Positions 1 through 10,251 of a stretch of 64,000 nt of DNA are shown here, piece after piece. The DNA lies in NCBI GenBank assembly GCA_964518955.1, contig CAZFHS010000008.1:1017-65016 (forward strand), written 5' to 3'. Position numbers and translations under genes: made by a program. The first letter of the stretch is position 1. Each line of letters opens with the position of its first letter. The stretch is from an uncultured Gemmatimonadaceae bacterium (lineage in GTDB: Bacteria; Gemmatimonadota; Gemmatimonadetes; Gemmatimonadales; GWC2-71-9). The notes under the pieces are model-generated. The model saw only the letters and a list, made by a program, of their open reading frames with translations, had not been told where the DNA came from and searched no databases.

Positions 1-1035
1 GTGGCACTGGTATCGCTGGATCTCACACACGGTGAGTACAGCGAGGAGGAGGGGATTCAGTTCTTCACAACACTGCTCGACCGATTGAGGTCACTTCCCG
101 GTGCAGAGGGCGCTGCGCTGGCACAGCGAGTACCGCTCGAGGGCGGCAGTAGTCGTTGGGGAGGCGTGGAGCCAGAGGGCTACGAGTTGGGTCAGGGAGA
201 GTACCTGGTCATCGAAACGAACACGGTATCTCCCGACTATTTCGAGCTCGTGCGAATGCCCTTGCTGCAAGGCAGAGACTTCGCTGCAACCGATAGAGTC
301 GGTGAGCCCAAGGTGTTGATCGTGAACCAGGCGTTTGTGGACAGGTTTTGGCCAGGTGAAGACGGAGTCGGCAAACGAATCACGATTCGCGACGACTATG
401 TAGTTGTCGGGGTCATACGAAATGCACTCTACACTTCGGTTACAGCCGAATCTCCACCTTTCATCTGGTCACCCGCTGCGCAGAACCCCGGGTCGATGAA
501 CTTCAGAATCCACGTGCGTACATCCGGCGATCCCTACCTAATACTTGGCGCAATCCGCGAGGAAGTGCACGCGCTGGATCCAGGCCTGCCAATCGTCGGG
601 AGCAACCTTATGAGCAATCTGAGTAGCCGCGCGATGCTCCCATACGCCATCATCTCGGCCATCCTAAGTGCCGCTGGACTGGTGGCGCTCACGATGGCAA
701 CCATGGGCATCTACGGTGTGATCTCCTATGCGGTGAGCCAACGCACGAAGGAAGTCGGTATCCGCGTGGCAATTGGAGCTCGGCGTGAGTCCGTGGTTGG
801 ACTGGTCGTTCGCGAGGGCTTGATGATGGCTGCTGTGGGATCAGCCGTCGCTCTCCCGGTGATACTCGTGATATCTCAGGCGGCAGAGGCGTTTGTCGTT
901 GGCATCAAACCCTTGGATCCGTTGTCCCTCGTCGGCGGAATCGGCCTACTTACGGTCTGCGCTGCTTCGGCGGCCCTCATCCCGGTACTGCGTGCTTCCA
1001 ATGTCGACCCGATGGAGGCACTTCGGAATGAGTGA
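1..1035 (+). CDS. ABC-transporter permease, FtsX/MacB-type, C-terminal part (5' end outside window)
   Basis: ORF open to the window edge. A periplasmic MacB-like core is followed by the FtsX 4-TM module, with the typical loop SQRTKEVGIRVAIGARRESV. Confidence 0.8.
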   Translation: MALVSLDLTHGEYSEEEGIQFFTTLLDRLRSLPGAEGAALAQRVPLEGGSSRWGGVEPEGYELGQGEYLVIETNTVSPDYFELVRMPLLQGRDFAATDRVGEPKVLIVNQAFVDRFWPGEDGVGKRITIRDDYVVVGVIRNALYTSVTAESPPFIWSPAAQNPGSMNFRIHVRTSGDPYLILGAIREEVHALDPGLPIVGSNLMSNLSSRAMLPYAIISAILSAAGLVALTMATMGIYGVISYAVSQRTKEVGIRVAIGARRESVVGLVVREGLMMAAVGSAVALPVILVISQAAEAFVVGIKPLDPLSLVGGIGLLTVCAASAALIPVLRASNVDPMEALRNE

Positions 1036-1228
1036 GTCATGACAGGGCACGGAGTGGCACCTAGTTCTCCATGAGACTAGGTCTTGTGTTGAGCCATTAT
1101 CGTTTAATAATCGATAAACACGTACCACGAAGCATTAAATATTCAAGGTTTGCGCAAACCTGGGCGAATCGCCCCTACGACGGTTCGGAAATGCATCAGA
1201 GAGAGGGAAAGATGATGGGACCGTCGAG

Positions 1229-1498
1229 TTGTTCTCGAGGATGGGCATCGCTGGTGTGCTGGAGTTTTTCGGCGGCGCTATGATAGTGCTCGGCCTCTTC
1301 ACACGACCAATTGCGTTCATTCTGTCCGGACAGATGGCAGTAGCGTATTTCTGGATTCACCGGCCTGGCGGCCTGTTCCCATGGGACAACAGAGGAGAGC
1401 TCGCGGCCCTATACTCATGGGTATTCTTGCTCTACGCCACTCTGGGAGGCGGCAGTTTCGCGCTAGACCGAGTGTTGTTCAAGAACGAGGAGAACTGA
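1229..1498 (+). pseudogene. DoxX-family membrane protein, C-terminal part only (probable 5'-truncated remnant)
   Basis: 89-aa ORF with a TTG start resembling DoxX TM2-TM4 (EFFGGAMIVLGLFTRP, GGGSFALD). An in-frame TAA lies at 1136-1138 and no DoxX-like N-terminus occurs in the other upstream frames. Confidence 0.45.
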
Positions 1499-1507
1499 TG
1501 CTGGCTA

Positions 1508-3316
1508 CTACCCTCCCCTAATCCGTTCGATCATCGCCCGCGCATTCGAGTTGTCTGGATCGAGTTCCAAGGACCTCTCGTATGCGCGGATCGCCTCTTC
1601 GTTGCGCCCCAGCCTCATGAGCGCCTCACCAAGGCTGTCCCAAGTGTTCGACGCATCTGGGAAGGCCCTGGTATTGAGTTCAAAGACTTCGAGTGCTCGT
1701 TCCACCTGCTCATTCCGCATCAACACATAGCCAACGGCATTGACCTCTGCCTCTGTTCGTGTCGCGTCGATACGGTCTGCCAGAGTTCGGATCATTCGAT
1801 CCGCGGCTTCAACCTCACCTCTGAAGAGCTGCACGACCGCTCGTGCCACTCCTACCTGAACGGTCTCCAACCCCTCAGCGAATGTGAGTGCGCGGGTCGC
1901 CTGTTCGGTCCTGCCCTGAGTCGCTGCCGTGATCGCGGCGATCGCAATCGACCGCGCATCGGAAATACCTGCGAATGCTCCAGCCTCATCTCGAACATGG
2001 ACGTACTGCTCATGACTGTCTTCCTCGTGGAGCGTACCATCTGGCTGCAGATACAGCTTGAACGTGCCTGATACCGGTGAGTATCCCACCAGGTGGCCAT
2101 CACCGGCGGTGATTTCCACTGTAGTGAACGAGTTCAAGCCAAGCGTTGACGGAGGGAAATCCCACTCACCCACGAAGGCTTCCAAACGATCTCCTGTCAC
2201 ACTCGTGATCAGCGGGTCAGCACTTTCTTCGATCGGCACGAACGCCGCGTTGGTTACGACCGTACCGGTCCTCGCCTCGAGCACCTGTTCGATCAGGTCG
2301 AGCAAGGCTGGCATGGGTGTGCTTTCGCCCTGATAGGTGTTCGCGCGATTTACGATCACCATATCGGATTTGGGTAGCACGGCGATCAACTGGTTGCCTA
2401 CGCCGAGAGCTGCAAACATACCGTGACTTGTGAAGCGGGGTTCGCGCATCACCCACCACATGAAACCGTAACCCATCACGTCGCTATCGATAGAGTAGAG
2501 CGCCGAGCTGCGGCGAACCCAGTGTTCCGAGAGTATCCGTTCTCCGGCCCACATTCCATCGCGGGCATAGAGGAGTCCGAATCGAGCCGCGTCGCGCGCC
2601 GACATCCTAAACGGGTAAGCCGGATATTGTGATTTATCGCGCTCGTAATGGTAATAGCCATCCGAGACGCGCCAATCCTCCATGCCAAGCGGCTGGCCGA
2701 AATACTCGTTGAAAGCCTCGAAGACATCGGCGCCAGTCTCTTGTTTCAGAATGGCCGCCGCGGTATTGAAGTCCCAGTTGTTATACGCGAAATAGCGGCC
2801 CGGGCCTTCACTGCCACGGGGTCGGGAGTCGGTGCGACCCGCATAAGCAGCAGGGTGGAATACTCCGGAGCGCGCCTTCAACAAGTCGAGAATGCGAGCT
2901 CGTTTTTCGGCATCGAGCAAGGGATCGGGATCGTCGTCGACACCGAGGTCGGCCAGCGTCTTGTTGAGTTCAATCTCGCCCCGGTCCCAGTAGATCCCAT
3001 ACAGGGCAGTGAGGAAACTCTTGCGCACCGAATGACACATGAAGCGGCGGTCCACATCGCCCCAAGAGGCAACCACAGCTCCATCCGCAATCACCAAAAA
3101 CGCCGAAGACGGAAGGCTCTCCCATGTGGTGCGAGCTGCCTCGAGAAGCGCGATGTCGAAACCTGCGTCCGACACGTCCGCATAGCGCATCCAGTCGTCA
3201 CCAGGGACACGATCGCTCGCCGCTTGCCCAAAACAGATTTGCGGAAGTGAAAAAACTGCGCAGAGGATCATTTGGAGCGCGACCAGGCGTCGCGTACTCG
3301 CGAATTTGCTTTGCAT
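1508..3316 (-). CDS. Secreted serine hydrolase (beta-lactamase/PBP fold) with C-terminal TPR repeats
   Basis: N-terminal signal peptide, SxxK motif (SVRKSF), YxN-like motif (YNN). The C-terminus has TPR-like repeats (EEAIRAYERSLELDPDNSNA). Confidence 0.8.
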   Translation of the reverse strand: MQSKFASTRRLVALQMILCAVFSLPQICFGQAASDRVPGDDWMRYADVSDAGFDIALLEAARTTWESLPSSAFLVIADGAVVASWGDVDRRFMCHSVRKSFLTALYGIYWDRGEIELNKTLADLGVDDDPDPLLDAEKRARILDLLKARSGVFHPAAYAGRTDSRPRGSEGPGRYFAYNNWDFNTAAAILKQETGADVFEAFNEYFGQPLGMEDWRVSDGYYHYERDKSQYPAYPFRMSARDAARFGLLYARDGMWAGERILSEHWVRRSSALYSIDSDVMGYGFMWWVMREPRFTSHGMFAALGVGNQLIAVLPKSDMVIVNRANTYQGESTPMPALLDLIEQVLEARTGTVVTNAAFVPIEESADPLITSVTGDRLEAFVGEWDFPPSTLGLNSFTTVEITAGDGHLVGYSPVSGTFKLYLQPDGTLHEEDSHEQYVHVRDEAGAFAGISDARSIAIAAITAATQGRTEQATRALTFAEGLETVQVGVARAVVQLFRGEVEAADRMIRTLADRIDATRTEAEVNAVGYVLMRNEQVERALEVFELNTRAFPDASNTWDSLGEALMRLGRNEEAIRAYERSLELDPDNSNARAMIERIRGG

Positions 3317-3435
3317 AACCTGCCCCTCAGGACTTTGAATTAGTAACGCCTGGACAAATCTCAGTCAGTTTGACACGCGCAACCCCAAAAACGTTCGACT
3401 ACCGCTTCGGCTGACATGCCGTCGGGCGGAATGTC

Positions 3436-6432
3436 TCACGTCACGGGCGGCTCGAGCAGCTCCTCGATCGTGAACACTTGTCCGTTCTTGACGACTACCA
3501 ATACCCGCCGAGCGTCTCTGATGTCCTCGAGCGGGTTTCCCGCAACCATCACAAGGTCGGCTAGCATTCCCGGCGCAACCGACCCTAGTTCATCGCCTAG
3601 GCCGAGCGCTCGAGCGGGCACCACTGTGGCGGTCTGAAGTGCTTCGTAGGGCGAAAGACCGCCATCAACGTAGTTCTCGAGCTCGGTGTGCAGGCTCACA
3701 CCGTAAGGCACGATCGGAGAGTCCGTACCTGCCAAGACCAACCCACCCGCATCCACCACCCGCCGCACCGTGCTCCCGAGTGGTTCCATCGATGCCTCGA
3801 GCCCGGCGAGATTGCGAGCCATTGAGGCCACCCTACCGGTCGCGTATTGCAGATAATCCGTCCCGTAGAACGTATGCATCCTCGGGTCGTCCAGAACCGT
3901 TGCATCGCGCGCTGCGGCCAGCCAGAAGCCACCGGAAATCCCCACTGTTGGTGTAATCGTCATGCCGGATTCGCCGAGCAGCGCGATCACATCCTGATAG
4001 GTCCTGTTCAACCGGGTCACCTTCGGCTGGTATCCTCGCCTAGAGGTGCCGCCTATGTGTTCAACGTGGTCCGTTCCGTATGCAACAGCCGGGTAGATCT
4101 CGTGCGATGTAGTCGGCACACCATGCACATGGCCAAATTCGACGATTCTTTTCTGCATCAGGTCAGGGAGCCGGACATAAGTCTTCAAGAAATCGACATC
4201 CAATGCTTCGGCGCGCTCGAGCATCAGGCCGAGTTGAGGGCCGGCCTCCAGGGGAACTGAAAGACCGCCGTAATAGATTCGACTGCCATCGAGGAGGTTG
4301 CCAGAAGCGATCTCACGAGGTCCGACTCGACGCCCGGACCGCACCGCCTCTCGACGTTCGCGGATTGCATAGGTGTCGGAGCCAGGATCTCGGACGAGTG
4401 TGATGCCGTACGACAGCCAAATCCTGCCGATCGACTCTCCGAGGTCATAACCCAAATGAGAGTGCGCCTCGATCAACCCCGGCATGACCGTCATGTTCGA
4501 TGCGTCCACTACACTGTCGCCGTGCAGATCGTCACTGTGAGGCACCACCTCAACGATGCGCTGCCCCTCTATGACTATGTCGACGTTGGTCAACATGGTC
4601 TCACTATTTCCGTCGAACAGCCGGCCCGCATGCACAACCACGCGCCCAGAGGGATGACTGGGAGCCCACGTGAGATCAACCGGAATCTTTGCCACCGCCC
4701 CATCGTCCAGAGAAACTCGTCGCAGTCCGTCGGTAGTCTGGTACACGATCGACTTCGAGTCGCCAGTCCAGGAGATGGCGTCGGCGAGCTCATTGGAAAG
4801 CACTCTCGGCGGCCCCAGCAGATCTCCCTCGTGGTTGACTGGAACGACCTGAAGGAATCCGCCTGAGACGAACGCCATCATGTTGCCATCAGGTGACCAA
4901 ACAGGACCGTCCAACCCCCTCATTCCAATACTCGTGTGCGGCAAAGGCGAAACCCGCCGGTCCGGTTCTCCATTGAGCGACATGAGGAGAATTTCGTTTC
5001 GACCCTCGCGAAACCGGCTCGAGTACTGATTGAGCGCCGAGAAAGCAATCGTGCTCCCATCGGGCGAAAACGACGCGCGTCCAGGTCCGAACAGATCGTC
5101 ACGCAGCTGCGTCACCTCACCCGTCGCCACGTCCACCATGTTGAGAACTGACGACAACCCGAGTTGCCCATTGAAGACGATGCGACTGCCGTCAGGCGAC
5201 CAAGCCGGAAGAACCGTTCCACCAGTGTGGGTGAGCTGCGTCTCTTCCCCCGTATCCATGTTTCTGATCCACAGGTCGACATTCCCTCCGCGGTCGGATG
5301 CAAACGCGAGTCTGCTGCCGTCGGGAGACCATATCGGGTAGAGATCGATGTACCGGTCGTCCGTGATCCGCTGCGGTTCGCCGCCGACCGGCAAAACCCA
5401 GAGATCCCCCAGCGCCATGAACGCGACATGGTTTCCGTCGGGCGAGACAGCGGGCGATATGATACCCATCACCGGTTCAGGATCCGTCGAATCGTAGTCG
5501 CGGACCTTCCTGGCGTAGTCGTGGCGGGTGAGTTCGAACACAGCGGTGAACGGCACCTCGCCTGGTACGTTGCCGCCTGCGTTGTTCCGTTTGATCCTCC
5601 CATCGGCGGTGTAGAGGAATTCGTTGCCCGAAAGCCAGGCCGCGCGGAACGGAAATACGTCTTCTCGCTCTGCCGACACCAGCCGAGTCTCAGCGATGGA
5701 ATCTCCAATGTCGAACACGAGCAGCTGTGCTTCTCTTCTCGAAGTCGCGTTGAAGGAGATGCTCCTTCCATCGGGACTCCACGACGGACCCGAAAGAGAC
5801 GCGGGTGCGCGAGCCACCGGTCGAAGGGCGCCCGTCGCGTCGCGAATCCAAATCCCCGGTAGTGTGTCCCGCACCGACACGAAGGCTATCGACGACCCAT
5901 CAGGCGAAAACGCCGGACCGTAGTCATTGTCCTCGTGGGTAGTGAGCTGCTGCAATTCGCCACTCGTCACATCCAACAACCAGATGTCGTAATTCTCAGC
6001 CCGGTCGGACGCAAATACGATAGAATTGCCGTCGCTCGACCAGTGTGGCTCACGATCGTCGTACGGCCCAAAGGTGTGTTGTTTCAAGTCGGACCCGTCC
6101 GCCGATATGCTCCAGATATGCCAGTTGGCGTCCCTGAACGACTGGAATACGATACGGCTTCCATCTGGCGACCACGCCGGCTGCCGCGTATCTCCGAACT
6201 CGTCGGTGATCGGAACCGCTTCACCTCCGTCGACCGGCATCGTCCAGATCCTGCCCTGCAGGTCGATGGCAAGGGTGCGCCCATCAGGTGAAAGTGCGAC
6301 AGCCATGTTGGTGCCTTCGTTGACAGTCACCTGGACTTGGCGTTCTTGCTGCGAGAGTACGGAAGCGGGGATTAGCAGGGCTGCACAGGCAAGGATCGAT
6401 AGCTGGGAAAGGTACTGAGCGAATCGAAGCAT
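3436..6432 (-). CDS. TolB-like beta-propeller (PD40 repeats) fused to an amidohydrolase domain, secreted
   Basis: Signal peptide; at least 8 WSPDG/FSPDG PD40-type repeats. C-terminal metal-dependent amidohydrolase signatures (EAHSHL, AGTDSP). Confidence 0.8.
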   Translation of the reverse strand: MLRFAQYLSQLSILACAALLIPASVLSQQERQVQVTVNEGTNMAVALSPDGRTLAIDLQGRIWTMPVDGGEAVPITDEFGDTRQPAWSPDGSRIVFQSFRDANWHIWSISADGSDLKQHTFGPYDDREPHWSSDGNSIVFASDRAENYDIWLLDVTSGELQQLTTHEDNDYGPAFSPDGSSIAFVSVRDTLPGIWIRDATGALRPVARAPASLSGPSWSPDGRSISFNATSRREAQLLVFDIGDSIAETRLVSAEREDVFPFRAAWLSGNEFLYTADGRIKRNNAGGNVPGEVPFTAVFELTRHDYARKVRDYDSTDPEPVMGIISPAVSPDGNHVAFMALGDLWVLPVGGEPQRITDDRYIDLYPIWSPDGSRLAFASDRGGNVDLWIRNMDTGEETQLTHTGGTVLPAWSPDGSRIVFNGQLGLSSVLNMVDVATGEVTQLRDDLFGPGRASFSPDGSTIAFSALNQYSSRFREGRNEILLMSLNGEPDRRVSPLPHTSIGMRGLDGPVWSPDGNMMAFVSGGFLQVVPVNHEGDLLGPPRVLSNELADAISWTGDSKSIVYQTTDGLRRVSLDDGAVAKIPVDLTWAPSHPSGRVVVHAGRLFDGNSETMLTNVDIVIEGQRIVEVVPHSDDLHGDSVVDASNMTVMPGLIEAHSHLGYDLGESIGRIWLSYGITLVRDPGSDTYAIRERREAVRSGRRVGPREIASGNLLDGSRIYYGGLSVPLEAGPQLGLMLERAEALDVDFLKTYVRLPDLMQKRIVEFGHVHGVPTTSHEIYPAVAYGTDHVEHIGGTSRRGYQPKVTRLNRTYQDVIALLGESGMTITPTVGISGGFWLAAARDATVLDDPRMHTFYGTDYLQYATGRVASMARNLAGLEASMEPLGSTVRRVVDAGGLVLAGTDSPIVPYGVSLHTELENYVDGGLSPYEALQTATVVPARALGLGDELGSVAPGMLADLVMVAGNPLEDIRDARRVLVVVKNGQVFTIEELLEPPVT

Positions 6433-6526
6433 CTTCTACACCTCGTGTGAGATCAATTGGTGTTTCGCGCGATTGGTCGGAATCGCCAGCGATACGCTAG
6501 CACAACATCACGTGTTCCGGAAGAAT

Positions 6527-6567
6527 CGAAAAATCCCCGAAGGAACAAGGTGCGCCCTTCGGGGATT
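6527..6567 (-). terminator. Rho-independent terminator downstream of the aldo/keto reductase gene
   Basis: Perfect 12-bp inverted repeat AATCCCCGAAGG (6532-6543) / CCTTCGGGGATT (6556-6567) with a 12-nt loop. It is followed on the minus strand by a TTTTT run (plus-strand AAAAA at 6529-6533). Confidence 0.65.
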
Positions 6568-6603
6568 CTCCGGCCGACTAAGAATAGCTGGCTGGGTGCG
6601 TTC

Positions 6604-7614
6604 CTACGCGTCCATTTGCTGGTCGTCGGCTGCGCCATCCTCCTCTTGAAAACCGGCGGCACCCTCTTTGTAGAATGATGCTTCCAGCGGATAGTCCGCG
6701 ACCTTGTCCTCAATGGACGCCATCTGGGCGCTGTTGAGTGGCTGGAAGCCGGCTGCCACTGAGATGTTCTCCTCGAGTTGAGCGACGTCGTCGCACCCGA
6801 CAATCACAGTGCTGATGGGCTGACTCATCGTCCACCTGAGCGCCTCGGCCATCGAAGTGAGTCCACCCTCCCGGAAGATTCGGCCGCGCGCCGGGATCTT
6901 CATAGCGATGACACCCATTTGTCTGCGATTAGCCTCGGGTAGCAGCTCGTCCATGAAGGGGCGGTGGTATTTGTCGGCGGGGTTCAACGCCAAGAGAATC
7001 GTGTCGAAGTCGAAGCGCCGCATGAATTCCATAAGGACGTCAGGGTTGGCGTGGCCGGTGAGCCCGAGGAATCTCACGGTGCCGTCGTCCCGGGCTTTTT
7101 CCAATGCATGTATTGCACCGTCGTCGGCGAAAATCTGGTCAAGCTCCTCCATGCGCCTCAAGTTGTGGAGTTGCCACAGGTCGAGGTGATCGGTCTGCAG
7201 CGACTCGAGGCTCTGCTCCAGGAGTTGCATCGATTCATCGTAGCTGCGACGGTGCGTCTTCGTAGCCAGGAACACCTCGTTCCTCCGAGTGGCCATCACC
7301 CTACCGATATAAACCTGGCTTATGCCCCTGCCGTACGCCGCCGCAGTGTCTATGTAGTTCACTCCGAGGTCGATGGCCCGGTTGATAATCGCCTCCGACT
7401 CTGCGTCGGTGTCGGCCTGTTCGATAGTGGCCTGCCCGCCGAGACTGAAGAGACGGACGTTATGGCCCGTCTTGCCCAAGGGCCGTTCAGGCATCGGGGG
7501 TGGGGTGGCACTCGTCGGGGTTTCGCAGGCAGCGGGTTCCCCAAGCACAAACCCAGCCGTTCCGATTCCAGAGACCTTCATGAAATCGCGGCGTGAAAAC
7601 TTGGAACCGGACAT
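6604..7614 (-). CDS. Aldo/keto reductase with twin-arginine (Tat) signal peptide
   Basis: N-terminal SRRDFMKVSGIG Tat motif; AKR-family blocks (GVNYIDTAAAYG, HLDLWQLHN). Confidence 0.85.
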   Translation of the reverse strand: MSGSKFSRRDFMKVSGIGTAGFVLGEPAACETPTSATPPPMPERPLGKTGHNVRLFSLGGQATIEQADTDAESEAIINRAIDLGVNYIDTAAAYGRGISQVYIGRVMATRRNEVFLATKTHRRSYDESMQLLEQSLESLQTDHLDLWQLHNLRRMEELDQIFADDGAIHALEKARDDGTVRFLGLTGHANPDVLMEFMRRFDFDTILLALNPADKYHRPFMDELLPEANRRQMGVIAMKIPARGRIFREGGLTSMAEALRWTMSQPISTVIVGCDDVAQLEENISVAAGFQPLNSAQMASIEDKVADYPLEASFYKEGAAGFQEEDGAADDQQMDA

Positions 7615-7737
7615 AATGCCTCCCTAGGCAGATTACTTTTTCGGAATGTTCGTGCAGAGAAATGCCGTGACAATAGGCATGGACTCTTGCCTCTATTAAT
7701 TATGAGGCGAGACGTCGGAGAAGTCTAGCGGCCGCGC

Positions 7738-8778
7738 TTAGGAAAAGCCCCGCGCACGCGCTAGGCGCTTGGCCTCCCTGAAACTCACCAACCGCTCTTC
7801 AGCCTCGTCCCAAAGTGCTAAGCTCATCAGGCGGATCGAATCCCACATTGTGACACGGGTGGGATTCTGAAGCTCCGGTACCGCCTCCATTGCTTCTCTC
7901 AACCGATAGTACGGTATCCGGACGCTCAGATGATGCACGTGGTGTATGCCGATACTGGCAGTGAGCCATTCGAGAGGTTTCGGCAGAGCCAGGTACGAAC
8001 TTCCTCCCAGTGCAGCGTCGAAGTAGTTCCAACTATCAGTTCGGTGCCAGTAGGTGTTCTCAAACTGATGTTGCACATAGAACAACCACACACCAGCGGC
8101 ACAAGTGAAGAGCAATACCGGGCCGTGTACGAGGAGGAAGTCCTCGAGTCCAATGGCAGCAACCATGATAGTGATGACGGCCGCCAGCGCGAGATTGGTC
8201 ATCCATACGCTTTTCCACGCCCGTTTCCACGCTCCCGGAACGTTCCACGGGAAGCGGTGGAACACAACAAAATGAAATACAGCGCCAGGCCCACAGAGAA
8301 TCAGTGGATTTCGATAAACCCGATACGCCAAGCGACCCCAGAACGAACGGACGAAGTACTCCTGTAGAGTGAGTGTGTCGATATCCCCAAAACCTCGATG
8401 GTCCAAATCGCCCGAGTGTGCGTGGTGATGAGCGTGGGTCTTTCGCCAATACTCGTACGGCGTGAGCGTCAGGACACCGATAAGAAATCCAAGAGCATTT
8501 CGGGCGATACGAGACTTAAAGAAGGTATTGTGACCACAGTCGTGTTGGATCATAAAAAGCCGCATCAGGAAGGAGCCAGCTCCAAGACCAAACAGGACTG
8601 CCAGCCAGTAGCTGACATCCAATGCCCAGTACGCCAACGCCCAGAGCCCGAGGAAAGGACCAGCGGACACGAGCAACTGGATCAAGCTTCTACGCGTGTC
8701 GGCCCCGAAGAATGGGGATAGCGTCTTGGTCCAAAATGCTGCCTTGGCTTTACCCGACGTATGAACCTCCTCAGACAT
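7738..8778 (-). CDS. Membrane fatty-acid desaturase
   Basis: Three His boxes (HDCGH, HAHHH, HHVHH) and TM segments. Start trimmed to the ATG at 8778 because the longer ORF (to 8913) overlaps the upstream M20 gene; that ATG lies directly after the upstream stop. Confidence 0.85.
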   Translation of the reverse strand: MSEEVHTSGKAKAAFWTKTLSPFFGADTRRSLIQLLVSAGPFLGLWALAYWALDVSYWLAVLFGLGAGSFLMRLFMIQHDCGHNTFFKSRIARNALGFLIGVLTLTPYEYWRKTHAHHHAHSGDLDHRGFGDIDTLTLQEYFVRSFWGRLAYRVYRNPLILCGPGAVFHFVVFHRFPWNVPGAWKRAWKSVWMTNLALAAVITIMVAAIGLEDFLLVHGPVLLFTCAAGVWLFYVQHQFENTYWHRTDSWNYFDAALGGSSYLALPKPLEWLTASIGIHHVHHLSVRIPYYRLREAMEAVPELQNPTRVTMWDSIRLMSLALWDEAEERLVSFREAKRLARARGFS

Positions 8779-8779
8779 T

Positions 8780-10240
8780 TTACGGCTTTCTTCTGTAATC
8801 CAATGGCGGATCTCTGTCTCCAAGCAGGGGCTCGTACTCGAAGTTCGGACCTCTGCGCCTATCGTGCTCGGCCTTCGCTGCTGCCAAGAGGTCTGGGGTG
8901 GTGAACAGATCAACCGCAGTCATGGCCAGAGTCTTGGCTGCGACCACCATTCCCTTGTTCCCGATGCTCGTCCCGCCAGCGGCGATCGCCTGCCACGAGT
9001 GTCCCGCCGTGCCCGGCACATATGTAGCAGCCGTCATCCCAGTTGTCGGTACAATCCAGCTCACATCGCCAGCATCGGTCGAATAGGCACCCGCCTGCTC
9101 TCGCACGTAGAAAGGCTCTACCTGGGCCGCAGTCTCGAGGGGCGGGGCGTCTTCTGGCAGTGATTGGCGCAGCACGCGAGCAAACTCCAGTTCGTCTTGG
9201 TCGTATTCGACGCCGCCGACCTGTTCAAGGTTGGAGTGCACCGCCCTCGCCAGACTCTCGTTCGGCAACAACGGGTACAGTCCGTGGATGATCTCATAGT
9301 CAACCGTCGTACCGGTGCCCATGGCCGCACCTTCGGCTGCCTTTGCCACCCGCTCGAAGATCGAGTGCACGTTTGCGGGATCGGGGTTCCTGACATAGTA
9401 GAACACTTCCGCAAAGTCGGGCGTGGTGTTCGGCGCCCAACCTCCGTCAGTGATCACATAGTGGATTCGAGTCTCCTGAGGCACGTGTTCGCGCATCATG
9501 TTGACTATCATGTTCATGGCCTCGACACCGTCTAGCGCCGAGCGTGCGCGGTGGGGAGCTCCGGCGGCATGAGCCGACACGCCGTGGAAGCGGAACTTCG
9601 CCGACTTGTTGGCCAAAGAACTCCCTGCCCCGGCGCTGTTGTTGTCTCCAGAGTGCCATTGGAGCACCGCATCCACATCGTCAAACAACCCGGCCCGCAC
9701 CATGTAAACTTTGCCAGCGCCACCCTCCTCGGCAGGCGTGCCGTAGAGGCGGACTGTTCCCGGCGTATTGGTGGCCTCCATCCATTCCTTCACCGCTATC
9801 GCCGCGGCGGTTGACCCGGTGCCGAACAAGTGGTGCCCGCAGGCATGACCTGACTGCTGCCCGGGGATTTGCTGCAGTACCGGAACTCTGTCTTGCGAAG
9901 TTCCGGGAAGGGCGTCGAACTCTGCGAGCAGTCCGATTACCGGCCGACCAGTTCCCCAAGATGCCACGAACGCGGTCGGGATCTCGGCGACGCCCGCCTC
10001 GACGGTGAAGCCAGCATCTTGAAGCGTCGACTGTAAGAGAGCCGAGCTCTGGACCTCCTGATATCCAACCTCAGCAAAGTCCCAGATGGCCTGTGCGATG
10101 TCTCCATAATGTGTCGCTTGCGCATCTATATGCGCCCGCACCATCGTCTTGCCATCTTGCCCCGCTGCCAGCGCGGGCAGCATCGTCATCACACTCACCG
10201 CAGTCATGACAACAACGAGATGCTTCGTGGAAGAAGGCAT
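8780..10240 (-). CDS. M20-family amidohydrolase/peptidase (AbgB-like), secreted
   Basis: Signal peptide; M20D-type motif HACGHH; dimerisation-domain-like middle region. Confidence 0.85.
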   Translation of the reverse strand: MPSSTKHLVVVMTAVSVMTMLPALAAGQDGKTMVRAHIDAQATHYGDIAQAIWDFAEVGYQEVQSSALLQSTLQDAGFTVEAGVAEIPTAFVASWGTGRPVIGLLAEFDALPGTSQDRVPVLQQIPGQQSGHACGHHLFGTGSTAAAIAVKEWMEATNTPGTVRLYGTPAEEGGAGKVYMVRAGLFDDVDAVLQWHSGDNNSAGAGSSLANKSAKFRFHGVSAHAAGAPHRARSALDGVEAMNMIVNMMREHVPQETRIHYVITDGGWAPNTTPDFAEVFYYVRNPDPANVHSIFERVAKAAEGAAMGTGTTVDYEIIHGLYPLLPNESLARAVHSNLEQVGGVEYDQDELEFARVLRQSLPEDAPPLETAAQVEPFYVREQAGAYSTDAGDVSWIVPTTGMTAATYVPGTAGHSWQAIAAGGTSIGNKGMVVAAKTLAMTAVDLFTTPDLLAAAKAEHDRRRGPNFEYEPLLGDRDPPLDYRRKP

Positions 10241-10251
10241 TGAACCTCCGG

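Noticed and set aside
1055-1069. TGGCAC hexamer downstream of the permease gene.
   Set aside because: The -12 position reads TCTC with no GC dinucleotide at the required spacing, so it is not a credible sigma54 promoter.
5164-5862. Long ORFs antisense to well-supported genes. Examples: 5164-5862 (+), 18442-19278 (+), 33452-34222 (+), 37789-38703 (+), 49320-50069 (+), 51420-52262 (+), 52845-53510 (+), 21615-22172 (-), 22492-23055 (-).
   Set aside because: These are typical shadow ORFs of GC-rich DNA. Their translations are Arg/Ser/Pro/Ala-rich and low in complexity, they have no recognisable domains, and each fully overlaps a gene with clear family signatures on the other strand.
8779-8913. 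45-codon N-terminal extension of the desaturase ORF.
   Set aside because: It overlaps the 3' end of the upstream M20 gene. The sequence (MICSPPQTSWQQRRPS...) is not desaturase-like. An ATG lies directly after the upstream stop codon.
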